A DNA stretch of 64,000 nt from Candidatus Saccharimonadales bacterium (GCA_049295575.1 JBAQQX010000003.1:35519-99518), one strand, 5' to 3'. Positions 38,806 through 48,874 are shown, counted from the stretch's first letter. Notes: a model not told the origin generated them from the letters alone. Numbers and translations: made by a program.

Positions 38806-40071
38806 TTAAATTCGAAGGATTCTGTTTAGTTTTTCTTTAATGCTATCGCTTTCGCTACTGCCTATTATTGTATCATAGCCCACTCGGAGCAATCCCATGG
38901 CGGTAATAAAGGTATGGTCGTTTACTTTACCTGAAACGTCCTTGATACCAATCACCTCATCAGGACTGATGTGATGGACTGTTGGCTTTTTCGTAAACGG
39001 CAGATCTTTGTACCAGTCCTGAGTCGATAGCGCGTCAACCAGACGGTCAAGGCTTGCACCACCACCACACAGTAAGATGCGGTTAGGTAAGTGGTCAACG
39101 GAGTCAAACTCACTCAGTGCTAGCTCAACGCCAGATAGCCAGACATCAAGCGTCTTGTCGATCGCCGCATTCGCTTGCTTGGCGACGCTCGGCTTAATCT
39201 TCTCGCTGTCGATATTTACCTTCAGCTTCTCAGCGTCGTTATAGTTAAGATCCATTTCGCTGGCGATTGTACGCGTAAAGCTTCGGCCACCGATGCCAAA
39301 CATCTTCGTACCCTCAACGCCACCGTCGTTTACTACGGCAATATCAGTCGTACCACCACCAACGTCAGCAAGGATCGCCGTAAAGTTACTACTTGCGTCA
39401 GTGCCTAGTACCGAACGGCTAACCGCAAACGGCTCAGCTGCCACGGCTACAAGTTCAAGTGCCAGCTCATCAGCTACGCGCTCAAGTGCGCCGATATGCA
39501 CCATTGGTGCAAATGCAGTATAGATCTGTACGGCAACATCTTTACCCTGGAAGCCAATCGGGTTACTGATTTTGTACCCATCAATATGGATACTAACAAG
39601 TGCCGAGTTAACAAGTTTTACTTCGACATCTTCGTTTCCAGTCTCAAGGGCGATTTGCTTCTGTGCTTTTACCTGAGCACGCTCTTGAACTTTCTCGATA
39701 ATAAATTCCATCTCAGCCACATCAAGTGGACGATCTGGCTGCGGACGACGGTAGCGGATTGTGTTGGTTACACCCTTAACAAGCTCGCCGGCAATACCGA
39801 TAACCACGCGCTTGGCCTGTAGACCAGCCTGGTCTTCAGCCTCTGAGAGTGCTGCTTCACAATTACGAACCACGCCGGCAATGTCAGCAATTGCTCCAGT
39901 GTGCATGTCACTGACGTCCTGTCGAGCGCGTCCGGCACCAACGATCTCGAGCTCATCATCTGACAGCTTAGCGATCAACGCCTTAACAAACTCCGTCCCA
40001 ATATCGAGTGCGACGATGTAATCAGTATCTTGTGTATTTTTACGTGCCGTGAGAAATTTATCAAAAACCAT
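38806..40071 (-). CDS. ftsA: Cell-division actin homologue FtsA
   Basis: ALDIGT phosphate-1 motif, inserted 1C/SHS2 subdomain, DVGGGTTDIAV, and a C-terminal amphipathic helix (IKEKLNRILRI). Confidence 0.85.
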   Translation of the reverse strand: MVFDKFLTARKNTQDTDYIVALDIGTEFVKALIAKLSDDELEIVGAGRARQDVSDMHTGAIADIAGVVRNCEAALSEAEDQAGLQAKRVVIGIAGELVKGVTNTIRYRRPQPDRPLDVAEMEFIIEKVQERAQVKAQKQIALETGNEDVEVKLVNSALVSIHIDGYKISNPIGFQGKDVAVQIYTAFAPMVHIGALERVADELALELVAVAAEPFAVSRSVLGTDASSNFTAILADVGGGTTDIAVVNDGGVEGTKMFGIGGRSFTRTIASEMDLNYNDAEKLKVNIDSEKIKPSVAKQANAAIDKTLDVWLSGVELALSEFDSVDHLPNRILLCGGGASLDRLVDALSTQDWYKDLPFTKKPTVHHISPDEVIGIKDVSGKVNDHTFITAMGLLRVGYDTIIGSSESDSIKEKLNRILRI

Positions 40072-40127
40072 AATGTATATTCATTATATACCAAAGGCGC
40101 TTATGCTGACAAAAACGGCGGCGTTAT

Positions 40128-42005
40128 CTAGACGAGAATTGCTTTAACGCGGCGAATACCAGCTGAACTTGCCTCTTCTTTAGTGATCTTAAACACCTTG
40201 TTGTCCTCGGCGAGCTGCGACGTACGATCAACGTGGGGGCCGCCACAAATTTCGAAGCTCACTCGACGTGGTTCATCGCCCATTTTGTAGACTTTCACGG
40301 TTTCGCCGTACTTATCTCCAAATGCACCAATCGCACCCATGTTGAACGCCTGGTCAGTCGGGTATTCCTGGAACGAAACAGGAAGATCCCATGAGATCCA
40401 TTCATTAACGAGGCGTTCAACTTCATCGAGCTGCTCGCGTGTCACCTTTACGTCGTTATTAAAGTCAAAGCGAAGTCGCTCTTCGGTAATATTGCTACCG
40501 TGTTGCGTAACGTGGTCACCGACCACTTGCTTCAATGCGGCGTACATTAGGTGTGTCGCCGTATGATACTTTTTATGCTGTAGTGTTTGACCACCAAGGC
40601 CACCCTTAAAGGTACCCTTTGCCGCTGTCTGGCTACGAGCGCGCTGCTCTGCCATCTTGTCATCAAATTCCTGTCGCCAGTTAGCCGACAGTGTAATTTC
40701 CTGTTTGTAGGCCTCTTCAGTTGAGAGTTCGACAGGGAAGCCAAATGTATCGTAGAGGGTAAATAATTCCGTACCAGTGAGTCCGTCTGCTGAGAATTTT
40801 TCAAGTTGCTTCAGCCCCTTGCGCAGTGTCTGACGGAAGACTTTTTCTTCCTTTGCAAGCACGGCGATGACGGTGTCACGGTTTGCGGCAACTTCAGGAT
40901 AATCTTCATGGTAGAGGTCGGCAATGACTGGGACGATTTCTTCAAAGAAGTTCTGCTCAATACCAAGATCGAACGCGAAGCGAATCGCGCGACGTAGCAA
41001 GCGGCGCATAACGTAGCCCTGCTCTTTATTGGCTGGCACGACGCCGTCAACCGCAAGGAAGGTTGCTGCGCGGAGGTGATCAGCAATCACACGCATACTT
41101 TCAGTATGACTCTCGTAGTTCTTGCCACTGAGGCTCTGTAGCTTCTCGATAATTGGCCACAGAAGACTAATACGGAAGACGTCAGGACTATCAATCTGCG
41201 CTGCAGCGATACGCTCAAGGCCACCACCAAAGTCAACGTTCTTGCGCGCAAGAGGCTCAAAGCTGCCATCGTCAAGACGGCGATACTGCATGAAGACCTG
41301 GTTACCAATCTCCATAAACTGACCGCTATCGCTCGCTGGGTGAGCTAGGCCATAGCCTGCGGCATGATTTTGCGGGCCGAAGTCGTAGAATACTTCACTG
41401 TCAGGACCACACGGGTCGCCGATTGGCGTTTTATCAAGTCCGCCACCGCGACTCCACCAGTTTTCGCCATCGTCGTAAAAGAAGATACGACCACCCTGCA
41501 TACCGAGCTTGTCACCATTTTCAGCACTACCAAGCTCAACAATCTTATTGTCGATGCCTTTTTCGGCAAAGACTTGTTGCCAAATACTAGCCGCCTCATC
41601 ATCACGAGGAATACCATGAGACTCGTCACCGATGAAACAGGTGACGTAGATCTTGCTTGGATCAAGTCCGACAACATCAGTGAGGAATTCAAAGAACCAA
41701 CGAATCTGCTGCTCTTTAAAATAATCACCCATGCTCCAGTTACCAAGCATCTCAAAGAAGGTCGTATGGCGGTTATCGCCAACATCTTCGATATCTTGAG
41801 CGCGAAGACAAGTCTGGCTATCGACGAGTCGGTTACCTTTTGGATGCTCTTGTCCAAGAAGGTATGGTAGTAGCGGCTGCATGCCACTACCTGTAAATAG
41901 TGTCGTCGGATCATCCTTGAGCATGAGTGGTGCGCGGGCAATAATCTCATGCTGGCGATCATTAAAAAATTGAAGATAGGCGTTACGGATTTGTTGAGCG
42001 TTCAT
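40128..42005 (-). CDS. alaS: Alanine--tRNA ligase, short form without C-Ala domain
   Basis: Class II core (FTGSGMQP, HTTFFEMLGNWS), editing-domain motifs HTATHL and CGGPHV, and the protein ends ~35 aa later. ATG 42005 is preferred (TGTTATAAT 8 nt upstream); the track ORF starts at TTG 42014. Confidence 0.92.
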   Translation of the reverse strand: MNAQQIRNAYLQFFNDRQHEIIARAPLMLKDDPTTLFTGSGMQPLLPYLLGQEHPKGNRLVDSQTCLRAQDIEDVGDNRHTTFFEMLGNWSMGDYFKEQQIRWFFEFLTDVVGLDPSKIYVTCFIGDESHGIPRDDEAASIWQQVFAEKGIDNKIVELGSAENGDKLGMQGGRIFFYDDGENWWSRGGGLDKTPIGDPCGPDSEVFYDFGPQNHAAGYGLAHPASDSGQFMEIGNQVFMQYRRLDDGSFEPLARKNVDFGGGLERIAAAQIDSPDVFRISLLWPIIEKLQSLSGKNYESHTESMRVIADHLRAATFLAVDGVVPANKEQGYVMRRLLRRAIRFAFDLGIEQNFFEEIVPVIADLYHEDYPEVAANRDTVIAVLAKEEKVFRQTLRKGLKQLEKFSADGLTGTELFTLYDTFGFPVELSTEEAYKQEITLSANWRQEFDDKMAEQRARSQTAAKGTFKGGLGGQTLQHKKYHTATHLMYAALKQVVGDHVTQHGSNITEERLRFDFNNDVKVTREQLDEVERLVNEWISWDLPVSFQEYPTDQAFNMGAIGAFGDKYGETVKVYKMGDEPRRVSFEICGGPHVDRTSQLAEDNKVFKITKEEASSAGIRRVKAILV

Positions 42006-42013
42006 ATCTTTCA

Positions 42014-42022
42014 ATTATAACA
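42014..42022 (-). promoter_or_regulatory. Extended -10 box for alaS (leaderless-type spacing)
   Basis: TGTTATAAT on the minus strand, 8 nt before ATG 42005. Confidence 0.5.
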
Positions 42023-42042
42023 GATGGCAAACCGCTCGTTAG

Positions 42043-42474
42043 CTAGCAGACTGGAACAGACGATCCCCACCAGCCGGTGTTGACGTTCACGCCGGTCTTA
42101 CACACCGCCTTCGACTCATAGTAAATCAGCATGCCGTACGAATCAGCATTGCCGCGGACATAGGAATAGAGCGTACCAGGAGACTTTGGATCTTGAGGTA
42201 CGGTTGCGATATATTTTGGCGACAAGGCCGAAGCCAGGTTACTCACCGTGCAGCCCGATCCATCCGCGCCACACACGGCTGGATACGCACCGTTATCGAC
42301 TTTGTACATCTCGAGTGCCTTCTTTAGCTGCGACACATCGCTATCTCGTCGGCTATCATTACCACGGTTCTGAATACCGTTATAAGCAACGATCGTAATC
42401 GCAGCCAGAATGCCGATAATCACGATGACGACCAGGAGCTCGACGATGGTAAAGCCGCTACGAGATCGACTCAT
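42043..42474 (-). CDS. Type IV pilin-like protein
   Basis: SRSGFTIVELLVVIVIIGILAAITIVAYNGIQ. 4-nt overlap with the upstream pilin gene. Confidence 0.85.
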   Translation of the reverse strand: MSRSRSGFTIVELLVVIVIIGILAAITIVAYNGIQNRGNDSRRDSDVSQLKKALEMYKVDNGAYPAVCGADGSGCTVSNLASALSPKYIATVPQDPKSPGTLYSYVRGNADSYGMLIYYESKAVCKTGVNVNTGWWGSSVPVC

Positions 42475-43010
42475 GAGCGCACAACCCGGTAATTACTTGA
42501 TGAGCCGTAGTAAAGAACATTGGTTGAACAGTTACCTTCAAAATAATTCTGCTGTGCGCCGTCAACCCGGTAGACAATAATATACATTTGATAAGGTTGC
42601 GCCCCGCAGAAGGTGCTGGTGTTGGCGTAGTATGCATAGTTATAGATATTTGCCGTCGAGCCGGTCACGTTACCGCCCGGCGTGCTCGTCGGATCTGGCG
42701 GGAGTGTACTCACATATGGCCGCATAGTAGTGACTAAATTCTGCCAGCTGGCATCAGCTGTGGTGCTCCAGGAAGCGTTGATCGTTGTCGAACCGCTACC
42801 TGCTGGATACTGACCCTTGTCGGCGTAATATACTTCAAGTGCCTTGGCGATGGTCGCAATATCCGATTGCCGCTGAGTATTTTTAGCGCGGGTCTGGATA
42901 CCGTTATAGGCAACGATAGTAATCGCCGCCAAAATACCGATAATAACGATGACAATAAGAAGCTCGACAATCGTGAACCCTCGTTGTTGTTGCGCCCACG
43001 CCTTTTTCAT
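42471..43010 (-). CDS. Type IV pilin-like protein
   Basis: QQRGFTIVELLIVIVIIGILAAITIVAYNGIQ. Confidence 0.85.
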   Translation of the reverse strand: MKKAWAQQQRGFTIVELLIVIVIIGILAAITIVAYNGIQTRAKNTQRQSDIATIAKALEVYYADKGQYPAGSGSTTINASWSTTADASWQNLVTTMRPYVSTLPPDPTSTPGGNVTGSTANIYNYAYYANTSTFCGAQPYQMYIIVYRVDGAQQNYFEGNCSTNVLYYGSSSNYRVVRS

Positions 43011-43018
43011 ATAGTCCT

Positions 43019-43027
43019 ATTGTAGCA
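43019..43027 (-). promoter_or_regulatory. Extended -10 box for the pilin pair (leaderless-type spacing)
   Basis: TGCTACAAT on the minus strand, 8 nt before ATG 43010. Confidence 0.5.
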
Positions 43028-43041
43028 ATAGGCATGAGCAG

Positions 43042-44076
43042 TTACAAGATAATGCCGCCGCCCAAACAGATGTCGTCTCGGTAAATCACGACAGATTGAC
43101 CGCTCGCTACTGCGCGCTGCTCATCGTGGAGCTTCAGAGTCACAAGCTCACCATCAAAGCCAAGGTCGGCATCAATCAGCGGTGCACGGTGACGGATACG
43201 AACCTGGAATACTCCAGACTCTGGAGCGGCATTAATCCAATGAACAGCACCAAGCTGAACGTCTGTTTTCCAAAGTGTCGCATCATTAAGATCGGTCGTA
43301 ACATAGACTTCGTTTTCAGCCATGTCCTTGCCGACAACATAATACGGCAGACCGCCGCCAAGATCGAGACCGTGACGCTGACCCAGCGTATAGAAAATTG
43401 CGCCGTCGTGGTGTCCGAGCACCTTGCCCGACTTTTTATCGATGATCTTCCCCGGCTTTTGCTCAACGTATTCTGAAAGGAATTCACGAATACCAACCTT
43501 ACCGACGAAACAGATCCCCTGAGAGTCCTTCTTTGCTGCTGTAAACAGACCGCGCGCTTCAGCCATTTCACGAACTGTCGGCTTCGTATAGCCGCCGAGT
43601 GGAAAGAGTGTTTTTTGCAGTGCATCACCCGTTACGCGGTACAAGAAATAGGTCTGATCCTTGTTAGTATCAACCGCCATCTTAAGGACGCCGTCTTCTA
43701 CTTGTGCGTAGTGACCAGTAGCGATCATATCCGCTCCATCATCAAGGGCAGCCTCAAGAAACAGCTTAAACTTCACTTCCTGGTTGCACATAATATCTGG
43801 ATTGGGAGTACGGCCGGCCGTATATTCGTTAATCATATAGTCGACCACTTTATCGCGGTACTCACGCTCAAAGTCAAAGACCTTAAAATCGATGCCCAGC
43901 TGAACGGCTACACGCTTTGCATCAGCCAGGTCGTCGGCCCACGGACACTTCATGCCGGGTAGGTCTTGCGTCCAGTTTTTCATATAGACACCTGTGACAT
44001 CGTGACCTTGTTCAACTAAGAGGGCAGCCGTCAGACTACTATCAACACCGCCACTCATTCCAACATATACTCGCAT
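43042..44076 (-). CDS. mnmA: tRNA-specific 2-thiouridylase MnmA
   Basis: PP-loop GMSGGVDSS, catalytic Cys motifs (NPD..CN, DSQGICF). Confidence 0.95.
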   Translation of the reverse strand: MRVYVGMSGGVDSSLTAALLVEQGHDVTGVYMKNWTQDLPGMKCPWADDLADAKRVAVQLGIDFKVFDFEREYRDKVVDYMINEYTAGRTPNPDIMCNQEVKFKLFLEAALDDGADMIATGHYAQVEDGVLKMAVDTNKDQTYFLYRVTGDALQKTLFPLGGYTKPTVREMAEARGLFTAAKKDSQGICFVGKVGIREFLSEYVEQKPGKIIDKKSGKVLGHHDGAIFYTLGQRHGLDLGGGLPYYVVGKDMAENEVYVTTDLNDATLWKTDVQLGAVHWINAAPESGVFQVRIRHRAPLIDADLGFDGELVTLKLHDEQRAVASGQSVVIYRDDICLGGGIIL

Positions 44077-44678
44077 TACCGGGTCACTCCTACATAAAAC
44101 ATCATAATCTTTATAAATTCACCGACCGCAAGATACCAACCCCCTGGCGTAAGCCACCACCACGCCGACCACTGCTTGTCACTAGAAACTGGATGATTAA
44201 CAACCGTTACCTTGCCAGCTGATCGCTCCGAGAACTCAAGTCCAGCGCGGCGCTGATGATAGGCGCTCGTCACTAGAATAACGGTATTAATATTCTCCTC
44301 TTCAAGGAGCTGCTGTGTCTTGTCGGCGTTTTGCTTCGTCGTCTCACCCTGCTCTTCAATCATGATAGCCGACGCTGGGACACCGGCAGCGATTGCTTCC
44401 TCACGCATCACAGCGGCATTACTCGGACCAGACTTATCTTGAGCAGCACCAGAGAAAATCAGGCTACTCGCCCAGCCTTGTTGGTAGAGACGCACGGCCT
44501 CGTTAGTACGTGCCGGCGTGTCGCCACCACTCACTGCAATGATTGCGTCCACCTTTTTACACTTGCCCTCGCCCGTTGGACCCTGTCCGCATCCCGCGAG
44601 GTCATTTGGCGCCAAGTAGATGCCAAGACTAATGATAATCACGGCGATCACTAAAATTCCAATAATCAACGATTTCAT
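44076..44678 (-). CDS. YdcF/ElyC-family (DUF218) protein, membrane-anchored
   Basis: AIIAVSGGD...R..EAVRLY..G....LIFSG and VTSAYH.RRA motifs. Confidence 0.8.
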   Translation of the reverse strand: MKSLIIGILVIAVIIISLGIYLAPNDLAGCGQGPTGEGKCKKVDAIIAVSGGDTPARTNEAVRLYQQGWASSLIFSGAAQDKSGPSNAAVMREEAIAAGVPASAIMIEEQGETTKQNADKTQQLLEEENINTVILVTSAYHQRRAGLEFSERSAGKVTVVNHPVSSDKQWSAWWWLTPGGWYLAVGEFIKIMMFYVGVTR

Positions 44679-45829
44679 CGGGCCAGCCTGGCATACTCAG
44701 TACGCAGAACATCAACAATAATCTCAGCTGCACGGTCGATATTATCTTCGTTTGATAAATGTCCAAGCGTTAGCCGTAGACTCCCATCAGCAACGTGCTC
44801 CGGCAGGTGGATCGCTTCAAGTACATGCGAACGAGTCCCCTTATTTGCCGCACAGGCGCTGCCGGTAGCAACAAGGACGCCGCGCGCCTCAAGGCCAAAG
44901 ACAACACGCTCGGCGTCAATTGACGGGAATGAGATATGCAGATGCCCAGCCAAGCGATGCTTCTGGTAGCCAGAGACGACAGCGTCCGGAAAAGCATTCA
45001 CGAGCTTCGTCTGCAGAGTATCGCGTAGCTGCATTAGTCGATCAGCTTCGTATTTGCGGTGCGCCTCAGCGAGCTCGAGTGCTTTTGCAAAACCGACCGT
45101 TCCAGCGACATTCTCGGTGCCGCTCCGAAGACCACGTTCTTGCCCACCGCCGACAATCTGCGCAGATAAGCGGACATGACGTGCCGTCCAAAGAAGACCC
45201 ATCTGCTTTGGACCATACACCTTGCCAGCGTTAATTGTCAGAAGATCGACACCAAGCCGCGCCACATGAACGTCAAGCTGACCGACACCCTGCGAGGCGT
45301 CGCTATGGAAATATAGCGGCGTCGTGTCGCCACGAGCCAGTCGTTCGTCACGCTCTTTACGAATCACCTGAGCAATATCTCGCAGTGGCTGAATCGTGCC
45401 TAGCTCATTATTAGCAAGAGCTACACTGACGAGCTGCGTATCAGGCCGAAGGGCAGTGGCAATGCTCTGAGCACTCACCATGCCACGATCATCAGCCGCA
45501 ACGACTGTATGATCATGTCGTTTAGCCGCTTCAAGAACAGCGTGATGTTCGATATTCGCCGTCACGACATGGCCGCCAATTGCGCTAAAAGCAAGATTAA
45601 TTGACTCTGTTGCTCCAGCTGTCATGACAAGCTCATCAGCCTTAGCCCCGATAGACCGAGCAATGACGTCCTTCGCCGCTTCGTACTCACGACGAACAGC
45701 CAGCGCTGGAGAGTACGGGCTGGATGGGTTATAGAATAGTTCAGTAAAGTACGGCACCATTGCCTCAACAACACGTCGATCCATCGGCGTGGCTGCAGCA
45801 TGATCAAGATAGATGACGTCGTTTTTCAC
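44675..45829 (-). CDS. Cysteine desulfurase (class V aminotransferase, IscS/NifS-like)
   Basis: Lacks the canonical SGHK Lys motif spelling, but HSDASQ, INAGKVYGPK (PLP Lys) and the active-site loop ATGSACA are present. Overlaps the downstream genes. Confidence 0.85.
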   Translation of the reverse strand: MKNDVIYLDHAAATPMDRRVVEAMVPYFTELFYNPSSPYSPALAVRREYEAAKDVIARSIGAKADELVMTAGATESINLAFSAIGGHVVTANIEHHAVLEAAKRHDHTVVAADDRGMVSAQSIATALRPDTQLVSVALANNELGTIQPLRDIAQVIRKERDERLARGDTTPLYFHSDASQGVGQLDVHVARLGVDLLTINAGKVYGPKQMGLLWTARHVRLSAQIVGGGQERGLRSGTENVAGTVGFAKALELAEAHRKYEADRLMQLRDTLQTKLVNAFPDAVVSGYQKHRLAGHLHISFPSIDAERVVFGLEARGVLVATGSACAANKGTRSHVLEAIHLPEHVADGSLRLTLGHLSNEDNIDRAAEIIVDVLRTEYARLAR

Positions 45830-45846
45830 CTTTTCATTATACCAAG

Positions 45847-46284
45847 TTAACTGAGCTTTTGGCCGGTTTGAGGGTCGCGATTATAAATCTCGCGCATCAC
45901 TCGTTCATAGTACATTTGGATCGCCATCGTCAGGTTATCGAGTTCTTCGCCCTCAAGATAATCATATCGAGCACCTTCGCTCACTTTGAGAATACCCTTG
46001 TCGTCTACTTCGTAGCGGATGGTTGATTGCTGCCTCTTACCCGCCGCGTCAATCCATTCTTCGTGCCACATCCACGTTGCCGGATCAAGATTAAAGAATT
46101 CACGACGTCCACCCTTTTGGACTGGACCAAATAACTGGCCCCCGATTTCGCTCTCAAGCGCAATCAGTTCACGCTCGGTAAGATCCTTGAGCGGTCTTTT
46201 TTTCTTAGAAAGCAACCCAAAGTTAGGTAGGACAGATTGGTCGCTACCAGTAAGTAAGGTTAGTGCTTTTTTGAGCACGGGCAC
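45847..46284 (-). CDS. Hypothetical protein (145 aa)
   Basis: GTG start 2 nt after the upstream stop. No recognisable motif. Confidence 0.5.
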   Translation of the reverse strand: MPVLKKALTLLTGSDQSVLPNFGLLSKKKRPLKDLTERELIALESEIGGQLFGPVQKGGRREFFNLDPATWMWHEEWIDAAGKRQQSTIRYEVDDKGILKVSEGARYDYLEGEELDNLTMAIQMYYERVMREIYNRDPQTGQKLS

Positions 46285-46286
46285 GT

Positions 46287-46571
46287 TTAGCGCTCCCGTC
46301 GAGCAAAGGCAAGATTAGTGCCGGCGCGCCCTATCCAGTTTACTTTTAGCGCTTCTGATGACGCGAGCGGTACGGCTACTTCCGGTGTCGGAGCAGCGAC
46401 GAGTGGCGTCGGCTCGATGTCTTCTGACATAAGGTCAGCATAGGTTTCATCGATCAAGCGACGCATCGCTTCAAGCTTATCTGTAGTTGGACTATGGGTT
46501 TCTTCAAAAGCTAGCTCGGCAGTTGGCTGAGCTCGTAGTTCCGGGGTGTTAGATGGGTATTGTTCTTGCAT
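46287..46571 (-). CDS. Hypothetical acidic protein (94 aa)
   Basis: ORF tightly coupled to the next gene. No motif. Confidence 0.4.
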   Translation of the reverse strand: MQEQYPSNTPELRAQPTAELAFEETHSPTTDKLEAMRRLIDETYADLMSEDIEPTPLVAAPTPEVAVPLASSEALKVNWIGRAGTNLAFARRER

Positions 46572-46616
46572 AGATATAAACTCTGTTAAATCAGATATAT
46601 GTTAGCTATGTCTATT

Positions 46617-47363
46617 TTAGAGTGCGAATAACGCAGTCGCATTTGCGGTAGTTACCGTGGCGATTTCATCAAGTGACAATCCTCGGATCTTCGCGTGATG
46701 TTCAGCAACGGAACGAACAAATGCAGGCTCGTTTACTTTACCACGAAAGGGTACAGGCGTCAAGAAAGGCGCGTCTGTCTCAAGTAGCAGTCGCTCAATT
46801 GGGATAGTAGCGAACATTTCCTTTTGTGCTTCGTCTTTTGTAAACGTACTAATGCCATTGACGCCAATATAGAGTCCGCGCGTCAGTGCTCGGTCTAGTT
46901 GCTCCTTAGTATCAGTAAAGCTATGGAGCTCACCTTTAATGCCGCTGAAGTTATCAAAAATTGGCCAAAAATCACCGAATGCTTCACGAACGTGAAACAC
47001 GACGGGCTTATTATGATCAAGGGCTAGTTGAATTTGCGCCTCAAGAGCCTGGATCTGTACTTCACGCGGACTATGTGTGTAGAAATAATCGAGACCAATC
47101 TCACCTACGGCAACGACCGTCGGATCATCGATTAACTCCCAAATGGCTTTATAGCCATCCTTTGTGTCATGCGGATGCACGCCGATTGACGCGTAGATAT
47201 GCTCGTGATTTCCAGCAAACTCGACCGCTTCTCTCGAACTCTGTTCACTAGTGCCGATACAAATCATTTGATTGACACTGTGATGGCGAGCCCGCGTAAT
47301 CACATCACCGATATCGAGCGGGTAGTTCGATTCATGGATGTGACAGTGCGTATCGATCAGCAT
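46617..47363 (-). CDS. tatD: TatD-family metal-dependent hydrolase/DNase
   Basis: IDTHCH start, GEIGLDY, and the H...E...D ligand pattern. Confidence 0.9.
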   Translation of the reverse strand: MLIDTHCHIHESNYPLDIGDVITRARHHSVNQMICIGTSEQSSREAVEFAGNHEHIYASIGVHPHDTKDGYKAIWELIDDPTVVAVGEIGLDYFYTHSPREVQIQALEAQIQLALDHNKPVVFHVREAFGDFWPIFDNFSGIKGELHSFTDTKEQLDRALTRGLYIGVNGISTFTKDEAQKEMFATIPIERLLLETDAPFLTPVPFRGKVNEPAFVRSVAEHHAKIRGLSLDEIATVTTANATALFAL

Positions 47364-47365
47364 GA

Positions 47366-48850
47366 TTAGGCCTTTGGTGCGTGTGGATCAGGTGTGTGAA
47401 GGTATATCTTCGGGAACATGACACCGTCTGTTGGAATAATCACGCCACTTTCAAATGTCTTATGAATTATCGCCGCCGTATCAGGCAAGAAGGGTACGAG
47501 GAAGTCGCCAATCTGCAATAGTGTGCCAACGGCGTGCGCTAAGACTTCCCCAAGATGGGCCTCAGCCTCTGGATCAGTTTCGCGAGTTTTTGCGATCTCC
47601 CATGGCTTCACACGCTCAAGATACTGGTTGAGTGAACGAACCGTTAGCCAAACCTCATCGACAGCGCGGTTAAACTCAAGTGACTCCATCGCCTCGCGGT
47701 ATGGCTGCATATCATGTTCGGCTTGTGGCGCCTCACCGATCACACCCGCTTGGTAGCGAGTAATCATACTAGCAACACGCGACACAACGTTGCCGAGATC
47801 GTTACCAAGTTCGGTATTATATGCCGTCTCGAATTTCTCCCAGGTAAAGTCACCGTCATCAAGCGTCGGAATGTGACGAGCAAAGAAGTAGCGGAAGGCA
47901 TCGAGGCCATAGTTATCGATAATCTCGTTTGGATCAACTACATTACCGACAGACTTACTCATCTTTGAACCACCAACATTAACAAAACCATGTACTAGTA
48001 GCTTCTTTGGCAGTGGCAGCTCAAGCCCAAGAAGCATAGCTGGCCAAATTCCCGCGTGGAAGCGAAGAATATCTTTGCCAATCACCTGAATGTCAGCAGG
48101 CCAAAAATCTTGCCAACCTTCGCGGTCAGGGTAGCCAAGGACAGTAATGTAGTTTGCAAGTGCATCAATCCAGACGTACATAATCTGCTCTGGATCACCT
48201 GGAACTGGCACGCCCCACGTTAGGTGCTTCTTTGGACGAGAAATACTGACGTCTTGTAGGCCGTCTTTAATAAGCTCAAGGAATTCCTTCTTGCGGAACT
48301 CTGGTACGATCTGCATACGATTTGACTCGATTGCTTCACGAACCTTCTCGGTAAAGGCGCTAGATTTCAAGTAGTAGTTATCTTCACTCAGACGCTGGTA
48401 GGCCTGGTTGTGGTCTGGACAAATGCCGTTATTACCTGCAGCCTCTTTGTCAGTAACAAAGGCTTCGCATCCCTGGCAGTACCATCCCTCGTAGCTGCCT
48501 TTGTAGATATACGGCTGTAGCTTCTGCCAAATATACTGAACTGCCGCCTCGTGATGAGGGTCGGTCGTTCGAATAAAGTCAGTGTAGCTCGCACCGGTCT
48601 TTTTCATGAGACGTTCAAAATTACCATACATGCTGTCGGTATATGACTTTGGATCAAGGCCGTTCTCGGCAGCTTTTGCAGCAATCTTATTGCCGTGTTC
48701 ATCAGTACCTACCTGAAAACGAACATCGTGTCCGTTTTGCTTTTGGTAGCGCGTCCAAATGTCAGCAAGAAGATAATCAAGAGCGTTGCCAATGTGAGGC
48801 GTGCCGTTAACGTATGGAATGGCGGTGGTGATGTATAAGTTTTTTCCCAT
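47366..48850 (-). CDS. metG: Methionine--tRNA ligase (short form, no C-terminal tRNA-binding domain)
   Basis: Variant HIGN (PHIGNALDY), KMSKS present as SKMSKS, zinc knuckle CQGCEAF...CPDH. Confidence 0.95.
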   Translation of the reverse strand: MGKNLYITTAIPYVNGTPHIGNALDYLLADIWTRYQKQNGHDVRFQVGTDEHGNKIAAKAAENGLDPKSYTDSMYGNFERLMKKTGASYTDFIRTTDPHHEAAVQYIWQKLQPYIYKGSYEGWYCQGCEAFVTDKEAAGNNGICPDHNQAYQRLSEDNYYLKSSAFTEKVREAIESNRMQIVPEFRKKEFLELIKDGLQDVSISRPKKHLTWGVPVPGDPEQIMYVWIDALANYITVLGYPDREGWQDFWPADIQVIGKDILRFHAGIWPAMLLGLELPLPKKLLVHGFVNVGGSKMSKSVGNVVDPNEIIDNYGLDAFRYFFARHIPTLDDGDFTWEKFETAYNTELGNDLGNVVSRVASMITRYQAGVIGEAPQAEHDMQPYREAMESLEFNRAVDEVWLTVRSLNQYLERVKPWEIAKTRETDPEAEAHLGEVLAHAVGTLLQIGDFLVPFLPDTAAIIHKTFESGVIIPTDGVMFPKIYLHTPDPHAPKA

Positions 48851-48874
48851 GATATACCTATTGTAACAGATAGG

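Noticed and set aside
41345-41962. 205-aa and 168-aa alternative-frame ORFs inside alaS, and similar embedded ORFs in SPFH, uvrA, pgk, typA and other genes
   Set aside because: They lie wholly within confidently identified conserved genes, in other frames or on the other strand, and have no independent signals.
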